Below are positions 27,854-39,737 of a stretch of 64,000 bases of DNA, piece after piece. The position numbers were made by a program, and so were the translations under genes. A model generated the notes under the pieces. It did no database searches, had not been told where the DNA came from, and saw only the letters and a program-made list of their open reading frames with translations. The number at the start of each line of letters is the position of its first letter. Positions within the stretch are counted from its first letter, which is position 1. Source of the DNA: Setoptus koraiensis (lineage: Eukaryota > Animalia > Arthropoda); contig CM106585.1 of assembly GCA_048013815.1 (NCBI GenBank), positions 10,044,001-10,108,000 of the forward strand, written 5' to 3'.

Positions 27854-30800
27854 AATGGCGAAAGTTGGCTGCAAATGCGTCGCATGTAAATGCGCCAGAC
27901 GTAAGTGCAACAGAGCCCGCAATGACAGCAGCACTTGATGTTGTTGTTGCTGTTGTTGTCATAAGCAGCTAATAATCATAACGATCAACAGCGTGTATCA
28001 ACAACCGACAACAACCGACGACAGGTAAACAAGCAACAATAAACAACCGTTATGCGCACACTGTGATACATATCTCGCCATCTTAACGGCATCGCTGGAC
28101 GGTTACGCTTGAGCGGGGCCCACAGTTGCTCTCAAATGTGATTTAGTGACTCAACTCAACTGAACTCATGTAAATCACTGCTGAGTGTTGCGCAATAACG
28201 GTGCACTTTTGCGCCAACGGCACATTGGGCCACATGAGCTACATACATGAGCTATGTGGGCTCGCAAGCAGTGTCAGTGCAATATGACAGTCGGTGTTGT
28301 CGGCGGCATTGCCCAGCGACAACCGGCACCGACAAGACACTTGCATCTGTAGCGCGGCCAGTTGTCATTAGGGCAACAGTTTAATCAAGTTGTCGTCGTC
28401 GTTGTTTGCATGCTGTTGTTGCTTGCATGTCGTTGTTGTTGTTGTTTGTATCAGGCTGTTGCGCAAATGATAATGAGCTCTTTTTGTCAGTTGTTTGTCA
28501 CTTGGCAGTCTCAACAACGACAACAACGACGACAGCAACAACGACAGCAACAACGACAACAACAAGTCAATTACTGTTTGCTTAGCCTGGCTACCGCTCA
28601 ATTGGCTCAGTGTTTGGCCGCATATTTCACTCACTGGCTTGATGACAGCCGACAAAGAGCCGCTTTCACGGCGACACACAGTGCATGCATTTTTTGCGCC
28701 GCCAAGCTTATCCCGGCTAGACCCGGCTGCTCCGTTATCCGCCAAGCTAGCTGTTGTTGTTTGTATCTCTGGACAGGTTACAAGCTGTTGGCGCTGTTGT
28801 AGGCGCGCCTCGGCGCACAGCAGCGACCGTTGTTGTCGTTGTTGGTGTTGTTGTTGTCGTTACCGTTGTTGTTGTCGTTGTTGTTACACAAATATTGATT
28901 GCGAGCGCACCGAGGATCACTTTCACTTTTGCCTCGCATCGAGACAGTTGCCAGTGTCGCCAGTGTCGTCCATTGGGCCAGCAACAGCAGCGACAACAAC
29001 AACGCGAGCATCATCTCACATCATATCTCACCTGTACGACGAGCCACTACGTGCACAACAACAACAACAACAACATTATCCATACTGTACGATAGTAACT
29101 AAAGACAGTGGTCAAGCCGAGTTTCATACGAGCCAAACAGTTTATATCGAGTCGCACAGTTTTGTACGAGTCGCACAGTTTTACACGACAGGCACATCCG
29201 TCGAGCGAACAATGAACCATTCGTAATTAGTGTCAAATTACTGTCAATCAAGCCAAACACAAACATTCACCTGTTGCACTGTTGCGTAACACTGCCGTCA
29301 AGCGAGCCCATCTCACATTGTGCTCACAAATCAGCCAGCAAGCGATCTGGTGAGTCAGCCAGCAAACTGTTCTCGTGAATCAAATCGTGCTCGCACCAAC
29401 CGTTACAATTATCGAATTAGCAGTTTCAATCGAAGCCAACCGACTGATTGAATTTATTTCACATTTCACATCCGCTTCAATGGTCAAACTGTCAAATCAG
29501 ACGATTTCATCGAGCCAGGTGAGCCTCTTACGCGCACCCTTTCGTCTCTAACGCGTACCTATATGATACAGTGTCTATATAACACAGTGTACAGTGTATA
29601 GATTAACAAGTGCCACTATCGCTGCACAACAAGTGCAGCGAGAGCAGTCTCATTAGCATTATGCACAGTTGTGCGCATCGCAAGTAAATCACCGTCGAGC
29701 TGTCAGTGAGTTCACCTGTTGCGCTTGTGCGCACGCAAGCCAACTCCATCTGGCGGTAATTAACACAATAATATATTGCATACATAATATATTATTGTAA
29801 GTAATAACGTATTAACACGGTGCATTCAATAGTCGACATTCGGGCTAGACAACAGTTTGCGCTGACCCGGAATGCCGTCGTCGATGCCATTGTCGACGAT
29901 GTTTGCAGCGACGACGACAGCGCCACTAATTAACGCAGTGCAAAAACACAAAAGTGCATGCGTAATTGCGCTAAATTTACAAAAATGACGAGCATGCTGC
30001 GAGATCAGCATGCTGCCGGCAAGTGCGTGATCTGGCCGCATCGAGGCGCCGCCTGCGCAGGTGATGATGATGGGTTCTAATTAACAGGCGCGAGCGACAG
30101 CGCAAACTAATAATAAATAAACTAACTAACATAAACTAAATAGCGACTAAATCGTGACACCGCCGACACGTGAGCGTAGGATAGTTACGCAATAGCAACA
30201 ACAATCTATTAGCTGGCACATTTGCATACTATCAACCAACTGGGAGTCTCACTGCTGTGGAGAATGCATCGAGAGCATTGAGAGCGTATGCAAACGACGA
30301 TGAGAGGAGGACACTCCATTAGATGCTATCCATTAGATAGGTATTGCCATGGCAACATTGTTTGTATGTTTGTAATTGTAATTATGACGACGCAGACGCG
30401 AGACCTTGAGTTATTTGATTTGACTCCAACGCAAAAATGGTCTCGCCGAGCTGCCGTCTGACTGGCTGGTGCTGATGAGCCGAGATTTATCTGGCTGCCG
30501 AGCGTCGCGACTCGCGACTGCCGACTAAAACGAGCCAACGAGCCCAACAAACGAGCCGGATCGAGAGTCGGCGCCGACAGCGAGATGCGGCGCACTGCGG
30601 AGGCAGCAAATAATAATAATAATAATCTGATTATTTGCATACGTTGCAGCCACTGTGCAAACTGGTGCTCATCAACTGATCACGTTGATGAGCCGACAAC
30701 AGCAACAACAACAGCGCCAACAACGACAGCAACAACAACAACGACAACAACAACAACAAATAAACACTCGCTACCTGTGCACTGTTGTTTGGCGTGTCGC

Positions 30801-33800
30801 CGCCAGGTTTGCAGCCGGCAGCCGACAGCCGACAGCCGACAATTTATGGCAGAGATTTAAATTCAATTTGCAGTTTGGGCCACTTTGAGCGCCAGATACA
30901 GCCCATGTGATGCAACAGCGACGTTCGGGCGTTCGCAGCAAGCGCAATATCAGCTCAACATCAGCCCAATATCAGCCAAATGGCGAACACTGAATGCGCA
31001 CACCGACAATTGCAATTCGGCCGCTCGAGCTGCCATAAGTGGAGATGATGCTCTGATAGCTGGCGCGCACAGGTAATAATTTGGCCAGGCAATTTGCTTT
31101 TAATAATCATCGCTTTTAATAATCATCGCCAAACACAACAAGCCACCGCCAGGGCAAACAAGGCGCCGATTGGCAAACAAGTGGCACGCAGCACAGTCAA
31201 CAAGCGAGCATGAGTTGCGATGAAACTTGCGATAACTCTTTATCCATTTATTTATCCATTTATCCGCGGACTATTCACTGTTCACTGTTCACTGTTCATG
31301 CCAGAGTCCGCCAGGTGAACAGCCAGCAGCCCATGTAATAATGATGTTTGTTGCCATGCCCACGACGACCATGACGACCACGATGACGCCGATGATGATG
31401 ATGATTCGCACCAGCCGGCTAATTGTGCTGGTTCATGGCAGCGACAAGCCAGCGACAAGCCAGCGCAACGTGATTGACTATTTGACTAAGCGCCACTGAC
31501 ACTTGTTGATTTTTAACAAAAGTGTGCGCTGTAAGATGTGAGTCGTGGCGGGCAGCGACGCCCACGCGCGCCCATTAATTGACGTTGATTGCGATTGTTT
31601 GTCGCTGTTGTTGTTGTTGTTGTTGTCGTTGTTGTTGTTGGCTTGCCGGCTGTTGTCGTTGTTGGCTGTTGTCGTTGTTGGCTGGGTGGTTGCTGTCGCT
31701 GTTGGCTCGGCGGTGCTCAACTCATCAATTGGAGACTCTCCTTTGTTGTTGCTGCCAGAGAGAATCCCCGGCCGTCGTTAATACCGAGAGACACCATTAA
31801 TCATCGGCACTGTGTTAGTGTGTGTGTGTTTATAATTTATTATTTATGATTCTCTACGGATAATAATAATGAGAGCTTGCCATAAGTGAACACACACACA
31901 CATTTAATAACAGCACACTGTTAATTGCGCACAATGATGATGATGCGGCCGCAACCATCGAGAAGCGAGCTGCAATCAAAATCAATCGCGGCTTCGATTT
32001 CTCGCCGCTCGTCGATTTCTCGCTCGTTTCTGTCTGGGCTCGCTCGGCGTTTGTTTGCCACTTTTCACTTTGCAGTCTCATTTGTCGCCATTCGCGAACA
32101 ACAATCAGCCGGCTGCGTGGGCATCGCCTTGTGGTTGTTGCCTAATGTGGTTGCCTAATGCTGTTGTGGTTGTCGCTGTCGCTGTTGCCCAATGTTGTTG
32201 CCGTTGTTGCCGTTGTTGTTGCTGGTGGAACAGTTTAATCAATAAAGCCGAGCATCGCCTTGCCACAACCATGACACAGCCTCGCTGCGAGACTCGCTGC
32301 CATGAGAAATGATGATGCTCGAGCGAGCTCGCTTCGCCCCCCGAATCGACGATTTGAATGCAATCGACAGAATCGATCATTGGCGATGATGAGACACTTG
32401 TTGTTGGCCGGTTGTTAGTCGGTTGTTGGCTGGTTGCTAGTCGGTTGTTGGCTGGTTGTTAGTCGGTTGTTGGCTGGCTGCTAGTCGGTTGTTGGCTGAC
32501 TGTGTTAGTGCTGCACTCCCACTCGCGACTTGCGCGCCTCTCATACCTATCAGTCGTGTTTTGTCAGCCACCTATCAGCAGTCGCAACAAGCAAACAAAC
32601 AAACGAACAAATATCCAGATATTCGCACACTCAAATATTCACACATGCACATATTCACATATGCGCACATCCACATAAACAGTAGCTGTCATGCGACTCA
32701 CACCAAGCGAGTGACGCAACTTTGTGCATGCCTCTTCACCTGTCCGCCAGAGGTCGGCCGTTCGTCCGGTTGCCGCTCATCGCTGGCTCGACGTTGCCTC
32801 GGCGCCGGCCCGACGCCGGCCCGACGCCGGCCGCAATGCCGACATGTTGGGCGTATATTCGGATGCGCCGAGATGTGCCCTATAAAGACTGAGAGCGCCA
32901 AAAGCAAAGCGAACTGGCCAGGCTAGCGGAGTGCGGCCAGAAACTGTGAGAAACTGTCGAGTGCTGCTGACAGGCCCATTATTGACCATTGATTATCGGC
33001 AAATGGATCGAGTGATTGCGTTGATTGTTTGCGTTATAGATTGACGCACACTCACTCGATGATGCCGGCCGCGATTAGATATGCGGCACGCGTACTGTGT
33101 GTGAATCGGATATTACATAACTGACCGGCTCACCTGCTCTCTCTCTCTCTCTGCGTCTCTGTCATGCAAGCCAAGTTACCTGTTGAGTGTGTGTGTGTCA
33201 CGACTGAGTGCGATGACGCAACATGAAGGAAGTGTGTCGTGGATGTTGCGACTTATCGAGTTGCCGGCCAGCTGACCAGCCAGCCAGCCAGCCAGCGACC
33301 TGTTGAATTGTCGACCGAATCTGGCCCGCAATCAATGCATGCGCCTACCGAACTGTGAATGTGCTGGCCCCCGTCTAGCCACTGGCTGCCGATTGACTGG
33401 CCAGTCGATGGGCAGCCAGTCGATGGGCAGTCAATTGGCGCAATTGGAAGGCGAACGCGAAATCGAACGCTCGCTCGCTGGCCAGCGAACGCTCTGTCTG
33501 TCGATATGATGCAATCGAACGCTCGATGCTCGAGATGCGACCAGACCCAACCGACTGGACCCATGAGACGAGTAATCGATTAGCGACTGTCGTAAACGAA
33601 GCGACACGATGATAAACAAGCTCGCTCTTTGGCCGAGCTGCTCGACAAAGTGCCGGCCACGCAAGAGATGCCAGCTAAGCGAGCGATGCCAGCTAAGCGA
33701 AAGATGCCAGAGATGGAAATATTGCCAAGAGCAACGAATGGCAGGGATGATGAAAGCAAAAGAAGAAGAACAACAACAACAACAGCAAGTGCTTCGCTTG

Positions 33801-36513
33801 ATTAATCGACAGCAAACTTGAGACTCGCTACTTAGCGCTGTTGGCCACTGCGACCGGCCAATGGTCAAGTCGATGGTCGCCAATGGTCGAGTCAACGGCT
33901 GGCGCCGCCAAGTGGCCGAACGCACTTGACGCGCTTCTTCTTGAGGTGCCTTGTTTGCAGTGGCTCTCTGGCTCTTTCGAACGGAGCCTCCGAAGAGCCG
34001 AAGAGCCGCAGAGCCGACAGAGTTCGAGCGGTTCGAGCGCTCAACAATTATGAGCAGACAGGACAAGAGCGAACAGGTGAACACAGGTGAGAGTATGGTA
34101 ACAGGCCAGTGAAACAAAAACAAGTGGAAATAAAAAAAGAAGCCAGCTTGCGAGTACATAAAATGAGATGATGCAAGACAAACAACAATCATGCGTTTAT
34201 ATATATAAACACACACACAGTGAGGGAGAGTGAATCAAGAGAGACATTAGTCTGATAAATTGATGACGATCATTTGTTTGTGTGTTTAACAACGACAACA
34301 ACAACAACGCCAACAACAGCGACAACAACAACAACAAACAGCCGGTGACCCCGCCGGCCCGTTGGCTGTTGCTGTTGTTTTGGCCACTCGATTGTGCCTA
34401 TTACAGGCCTAATTGATTGATCGGCGCTTCTCTCGAACTGTGTAGTGGTCAGTTGTGGTGGTTCGTTTGACAATCACGACTCTTGCTTCTTGTTTGTCTG
34501 GCCCTTTCAACTGTTTCAACAATTTCAACAAGCTGCCGGCCGCATCGACAAGCGACATTCGAGCACCACAACCCAGCCAGCCAGCCAACCAGCCAGCCAA
34601 CAACCAATAGCAATTTTTCATTTCATTCGCCAATTTCGAATTGCGCTGGCAATAATTTCAATCGCTTGCACTTGCTGTATTCAACAACAAATTATTATCT
34701 TATTTCATCATCTTGATACTACTCACAACCGCATCCAATGAGCGCTACACTCGCTGTACACTCAATTGGATCGATTTCGCTCTTTAGTGGTCGCAGATTG
34801 TTGCTGATACCAACAACTCTCCAATCTGCAATAATCAACTACGACAGCAGCTTATCATCTGAGAGCGAGCGAGCGAGACCTGTTGTCGATGAGAGAGTGG
34901 TTTTGTCTAGAGACTCGCCGGTTGCGAGTTTAATTTAGAATATGAAATCGAAGCCGCTCGAATTGCATCTTTTCAGCCGATCGGTTGAATCGGCAGCGAA
35001 CGGCCAATACAATGACGGCATCAATTGGCAGCGCTCTTTGTTCGCGCCAATCGATTGCGCGACCCAATGAATAGATTGATTGCGCTGACGGGACTCGGCG
35101 CGCCTTCGAGCGAGCGCCGATCGAGCGATAGCTCGCCGCGCTGAGAGATGGCTCGCCGGGGTCGGGTCGGTTCTGTTTGGGCCGGTTCGGTTCTGTTTGG
35201 GCCGGATCAGTTCTGCTCGGGCCGGATCGGTTAGAATCGGATCGGTCGGAATCGGACCGGACGAGCAGGCGAGAGCGAGGGAGCTTCACCAGACACGACT
35301 GGCCATCATTAGCTGGCTGCGTTGTCGTCGGCAAACTGTCTTGGCGACGCAGTTACCTGGCGAAACGGGCCCATCGATCGGTGCTCGAGTGCCGGTGTGT
35401 AGTATGCAAAGCAGCGGTTGAGCGGGCAAGCGAAAGTGCGACAAACAAAAGTGTGTCAAGTGGATTATCCACTGTGGATATCACCACTCAATCGAGGAAT
35501 ATCGGTAGCAAACCGAGACACTTTCTCGGCCGATCCCCGCTCACGTCTCGGCGCTCCGGCGCGCCGTTGCGCCCACTAATGGGCAGCCAGAGAGAACGGC
35601 GAACATGTCGCATTGGCCGACTTCCTAGCGGCCGATAATGATTTGTGAGTCGCTGGCAGTGTCGCCAATCAGCAACCAATATGACACCTACACTGACGTT
35701 GTCGTTGTTGTCGCTGTTGCTGTCGTTGTCGTTGTTGTCGCTGTTGCTCGCCAACAACAACAACAACAGCGACAACAATCGTCACGGGTGACACAAAGTT
35801 CATTGTACGACTAATGACATAATGGCAATACATGGCTGACATGTGTTGTTATGCCCAATAACTCGTCCTCACTCATTCATGTTGCATCATATCGAATTTG
35901 CTCGCTAGGTGCTGCGACAAATGAGCTGCACAACAGGTGACACGGCAACAGTTTCACCTGTTGGCTTACGTTGCACACTGACAGTTTGTCGCCAGATGCA
36001 GACTCACTGCAAACTGCGCACTCACAAGCTGTTAGTTGCGCTCCACAGACCCCAAACAAATACAAACTTTCGCCCGACGCCGACGCTACTGGCGCCACTA
36101 TCGACACTGCCGACACTGCCGACACTGCCGCCTCTGGTGTGTCGAAATTGATAATTGCGCTTGTTGTGCCAGTGTTACGTAACATTTGTGACCACTTCTG
36201 TCCGCTGTGCGCTGTTTTTGTTGTGTTGCGCAATCTAATTAGCATAGCTGCGCGTAATAGCCGACAATTATTTCATTCGCATAGTGTCAGTCGACATATT
36301 GTTGTCGAGCCAATATCACATATTGGCTCGACAACAACAATTGCCATCGACGCAGCAGCTCGCCCAATCAGTTCTGTCTAATGTTGCTAATGTCGCCGCT
36401 CTAATATCTGCAATTGTCATAAATAATGAATGAACCTCTCTAGCGGCCATTGCGCTCATTATAATTAACTCTGCGTGTTTTGCTTTGTTTTACACTATAT
36501 GCTCATTCAACAG

Positions 36514-38890
36514 TTACAACAATAGGAACGCCGAGCGCCACCTATCCTACGTACACGGACAACAAGCCATACATGAAGCAACACATAATAGAGAGGCTAG
36601 CCCAACGCCATCTAGCTTAGATCTTGTTAACCACAGCAAGAGACAGGAGGAGGACGCTAATAATTTAAATTTAAACCAATTGTCTCAGCAGCAATTTGTC
36701 AGTAGGCCCGCCAAGAGAGGCAGACCAAGCGGCAAGCAACAATTGGACAATCACAATAACCAATTAGATCAGCAGCATCAGTTACACAACAATAGTAATT
36801 ACCACTACAACAGCAAGAGGGCGTCTTTTTCGTCAACTGCATCGTCCGCGTCATTGTCTAGATCTCCCACATCGCAGTTGATCCGATCGGTCGATCCGCT
36901 AGACGGCGAACAGCACCAATTAGAGCAGAAGCAACGACTGCACAATTGGCCGGCTAAAAGCGACGACAACAGCTCAATCAAAGATAAGAGGCCACAGAGT
37001 TGTTGCGACAACGACAACGACGACGACAACGAACTAGAGGAGGGCGAAGTCGTGCAAGTTGACCGAGAAGAGGACGAAGACGAGGAAGAGGAAAACAACG
37101 CCGACGAAGAGGAGGAAGTCGGCCTAGAGGAGGAGGACGACGACGAAGAGGACGACGAAGACGACAGCCACGACGAGGACGATCGCTCCAACGGGCCCAA
37201 CAACGACAAACGCGTCAAGAGGCGCCAAAGTAGAGCGGCCGCTAAAGAATCGGGCGAGCAGTTACTGTCGCTGCAGAGAAAAAGCCACCACCAACGCGTT
37301 GTCAATAGATCATCATCATTGTCAAACAACAACAACAACAACAACGGCTCACAAACAGGCGACTTAGGCTCGACAGCAACCGGAAACGCGAGTCACAGTG
37401 ATAAACAATACAAGTGCAACCAATGTCCAAAGATATTCAATTGGAAATCAAATCTAATTAGACACCAGATAGCGCACGACGAGTCTAGACGATACATTTG
37501 TGAGAGTTGCAAAAAAGTTTTCACTGACCCTTCGAATTTACAGCGCCACATCCGGTCGCAGCATATAGGCGCACGAAGTCACGCCTGTTGTGAGTGCGGC
37601 AAGACATTTGCCACCAGTTCCGGTTTAAAGCAGCATCAGCACATACATTCTAGCGTAAAACCGTTCAGGTGTGAGGTGTGCTTTAAGGCCTATACGCAAT
37701 TCTCTAATTTGTGCCGTCACAAGCGCATGCACGCAAATTGTCGTATGCAAATTAAATGCAACAAGTGTCAGCAATCATTTTCTACAGTGACAACATTGGG
37801 CAAACATAAGCGCTTTTGTTGCGCAACAGCATCATCAACCAACGTTGTCAGCCTATCTCCCTCATCTGCTACCGCTACCGCCACTGCAACTGCTGCAGCT
37901 TGTGCGGTTGTTGCCTCAGCGGCTCAATTAACTAATCATCACAATCATACGTTGAATCATCATCATCATCACAATCATCAGCAATTGGCGCAATCGTTGG
38001 TGGTCAATCACAAATCGACATTGGACAAATTGATAAATAGTCATCACAATACTAATCAATACAATCTGTTGGACGACGACGACGACGACGACGACAACAG
38101 CGACACCAGCAGCGACACCTCGGACAACTCTAATCATCACAACCATTTGCAGCTTAACAATAACATTAATCGCAGCGGCAGCGGCGGCAATTATCAGCAG
38201 CAGCAGCTAATTACCAGCAACAACAAACAACGCCGAAACCGGATACGCAGCAACCGGAAGCAAGCGTCACTGTCTGGCGGAAACGATCAAGCGACACCTG
38301 CCAGTAATAATTGTAACTATAATCAGCAACAGCAGCAGCAAAGCAGCAATATAAATTTGATTTCGTCTGTAACTCGTCACCTGTATAACAACGGCGCCAC
38401 CAATCAACTAATAGACAATTCTCATCAGGCCGCGCAGCCAGCAATAACTGGACAGCAGGCAACAGCAACAACCACAACGAGCACCAGGTCGCCAATAGTG
38501 ACCAATAGCAGCAGTAGCAGCAGCGCCACCAGTCAGCAACAGCAACAGGTTGCGGCCGCCTATCACTTTCACCAAACACTCAGCCATTACCTATTGAATC
38601 AGGCTGTCCAGCAACAACAGCAACAACAGCAACAGCAACAACAACAACAGCAATCATCGCCTACACCTATATCGCCAATTGTTGCGTCACAGGCAATCAC
38701 ACAACAGCAACAGCAGCAACAACAGCAATTGAGTCAGCTATTGGCGTTGACCAAATTGTTGTCCTCTCCTCAGCAACCGGTGGCACCTTTCGCCAATCAG
38801 CAGCAGACATTCCCTGGTGCGGCCGCTAGCCAGCAGCAACTATTATTTGAGGCACTGTTTCAACAGCAACAACAACAACAACAACAACAG
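36514..38890 (+). CDS. ham: hamlet/PRDM16/MECOM(EVI1)-family zinc-finger transcription factor, exon with N-terminal C2H2 cluster
   Basis: ORF 36485..38911 contains [93 protein letters not shown] and [23 protein letters not shown], near-identical to EVI1 fingers 3-7 as I recall them. Acceptor cattcaacag|36514; donor CAG|GTAGGT at 38890/38891 (phase 0). The TTG 'start' at 36485 is intronic. Confidence 0.9.
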
Positions 38891-39226
38891 GTAGGTAATC
38901 CACGCTTATAACGGTGGTTGTAACGCGTTGTATTGTCTTGGTTCATTTGAATAATGTAACAGTTTAATTTGACCAATCAACATTTTCGTTAGTACATACA
39001 GTAACCGAGAATATTCTTTTGTTTCAATGGCCTGCCCACATCACTTGTTATTATTGTGTTCGACAAACTCATGCTATTGTTTGATTAATTTAATTTAATT
39101 AACGCCACTAATTAATTGATCGACTGACCAACCGATTGACTGATGACCGCACATCGTACACACACACAAACATGAATAAATTAAAATAACTAAATGAACC
39201 CGTACCAACTAAATACTAAATTGCAG

Positions 39227-39575
39227 CTACTACACCAATCAGTAGCAGGTACAAATATTAGCGGCCACCAGCAAACGAGCGGAACAGCAAACACAGCGCC
39301 CACCAGCAGAGGCTACCCGTTATTTGGTCAGCAAAGCCTGGATTTTAGCCAGCAACTGCAACAACAGCAACAACAGCAACAGGCCAGCAACAGGAGATAA
39401 CAACAAATTATCGTTAATTAGTGGTGGCCAATCAAGGGATAAATTGACAATACAAGTAGCAATCAACAATGGCATCAGCGGGCCGACTGGAGCGCCAGCA
39501 AGCGACCAAACACTAGACCAACTGAAGCAATTGCGCACCTGTGACATAGGGTCGGCCAAAATAGTGACTTACGAG
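39227..39575 (+). CDS. ham: hamlet-like gene, small internal exon (reading frame ambiguous, see findings)
   Basis: Acceptor ctaaattgcag|39227 (phase 0, continues the Q-rich frame). Donor TACGAG|GTGAGT at 39575/39576 is phase 0 in the frame of ORF 39324..39611 and compatible with acceptor ccgacag|39738. The two ends lie in different frames. Confidence 0.5.
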
Positions 39576-39737
39576 GTGAGTTTGTCGAAAAATCGATCAA
39601 TCAATGCATAAATCGTTCACTATAAATCGTTGATTCGCGCAACAGTGATCTAACAGTTCCATACCGCACCATCCGACAATTCGACAATCCGAAAATCCGA
39701 AAATCTGACGATCCGACGACCCGACGAATTCCGACAG

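Noticed and set aside
9644-32955. Su(H)/CSL sites (YGTGRGAA at ~9653, 10085, 27203, 32946)
   Set aside because: About four sites in 36 kb equals chance expectation, and none is in paired-site (SPS) geometry.
6620-34095. General recursive-splicing explanation for all CAG|GTRAG words
   Set aside because: They are about equally frequent on the antisense strand, and most lack a pyrimidine tract; only 21001-21026 is retained as a candidate.
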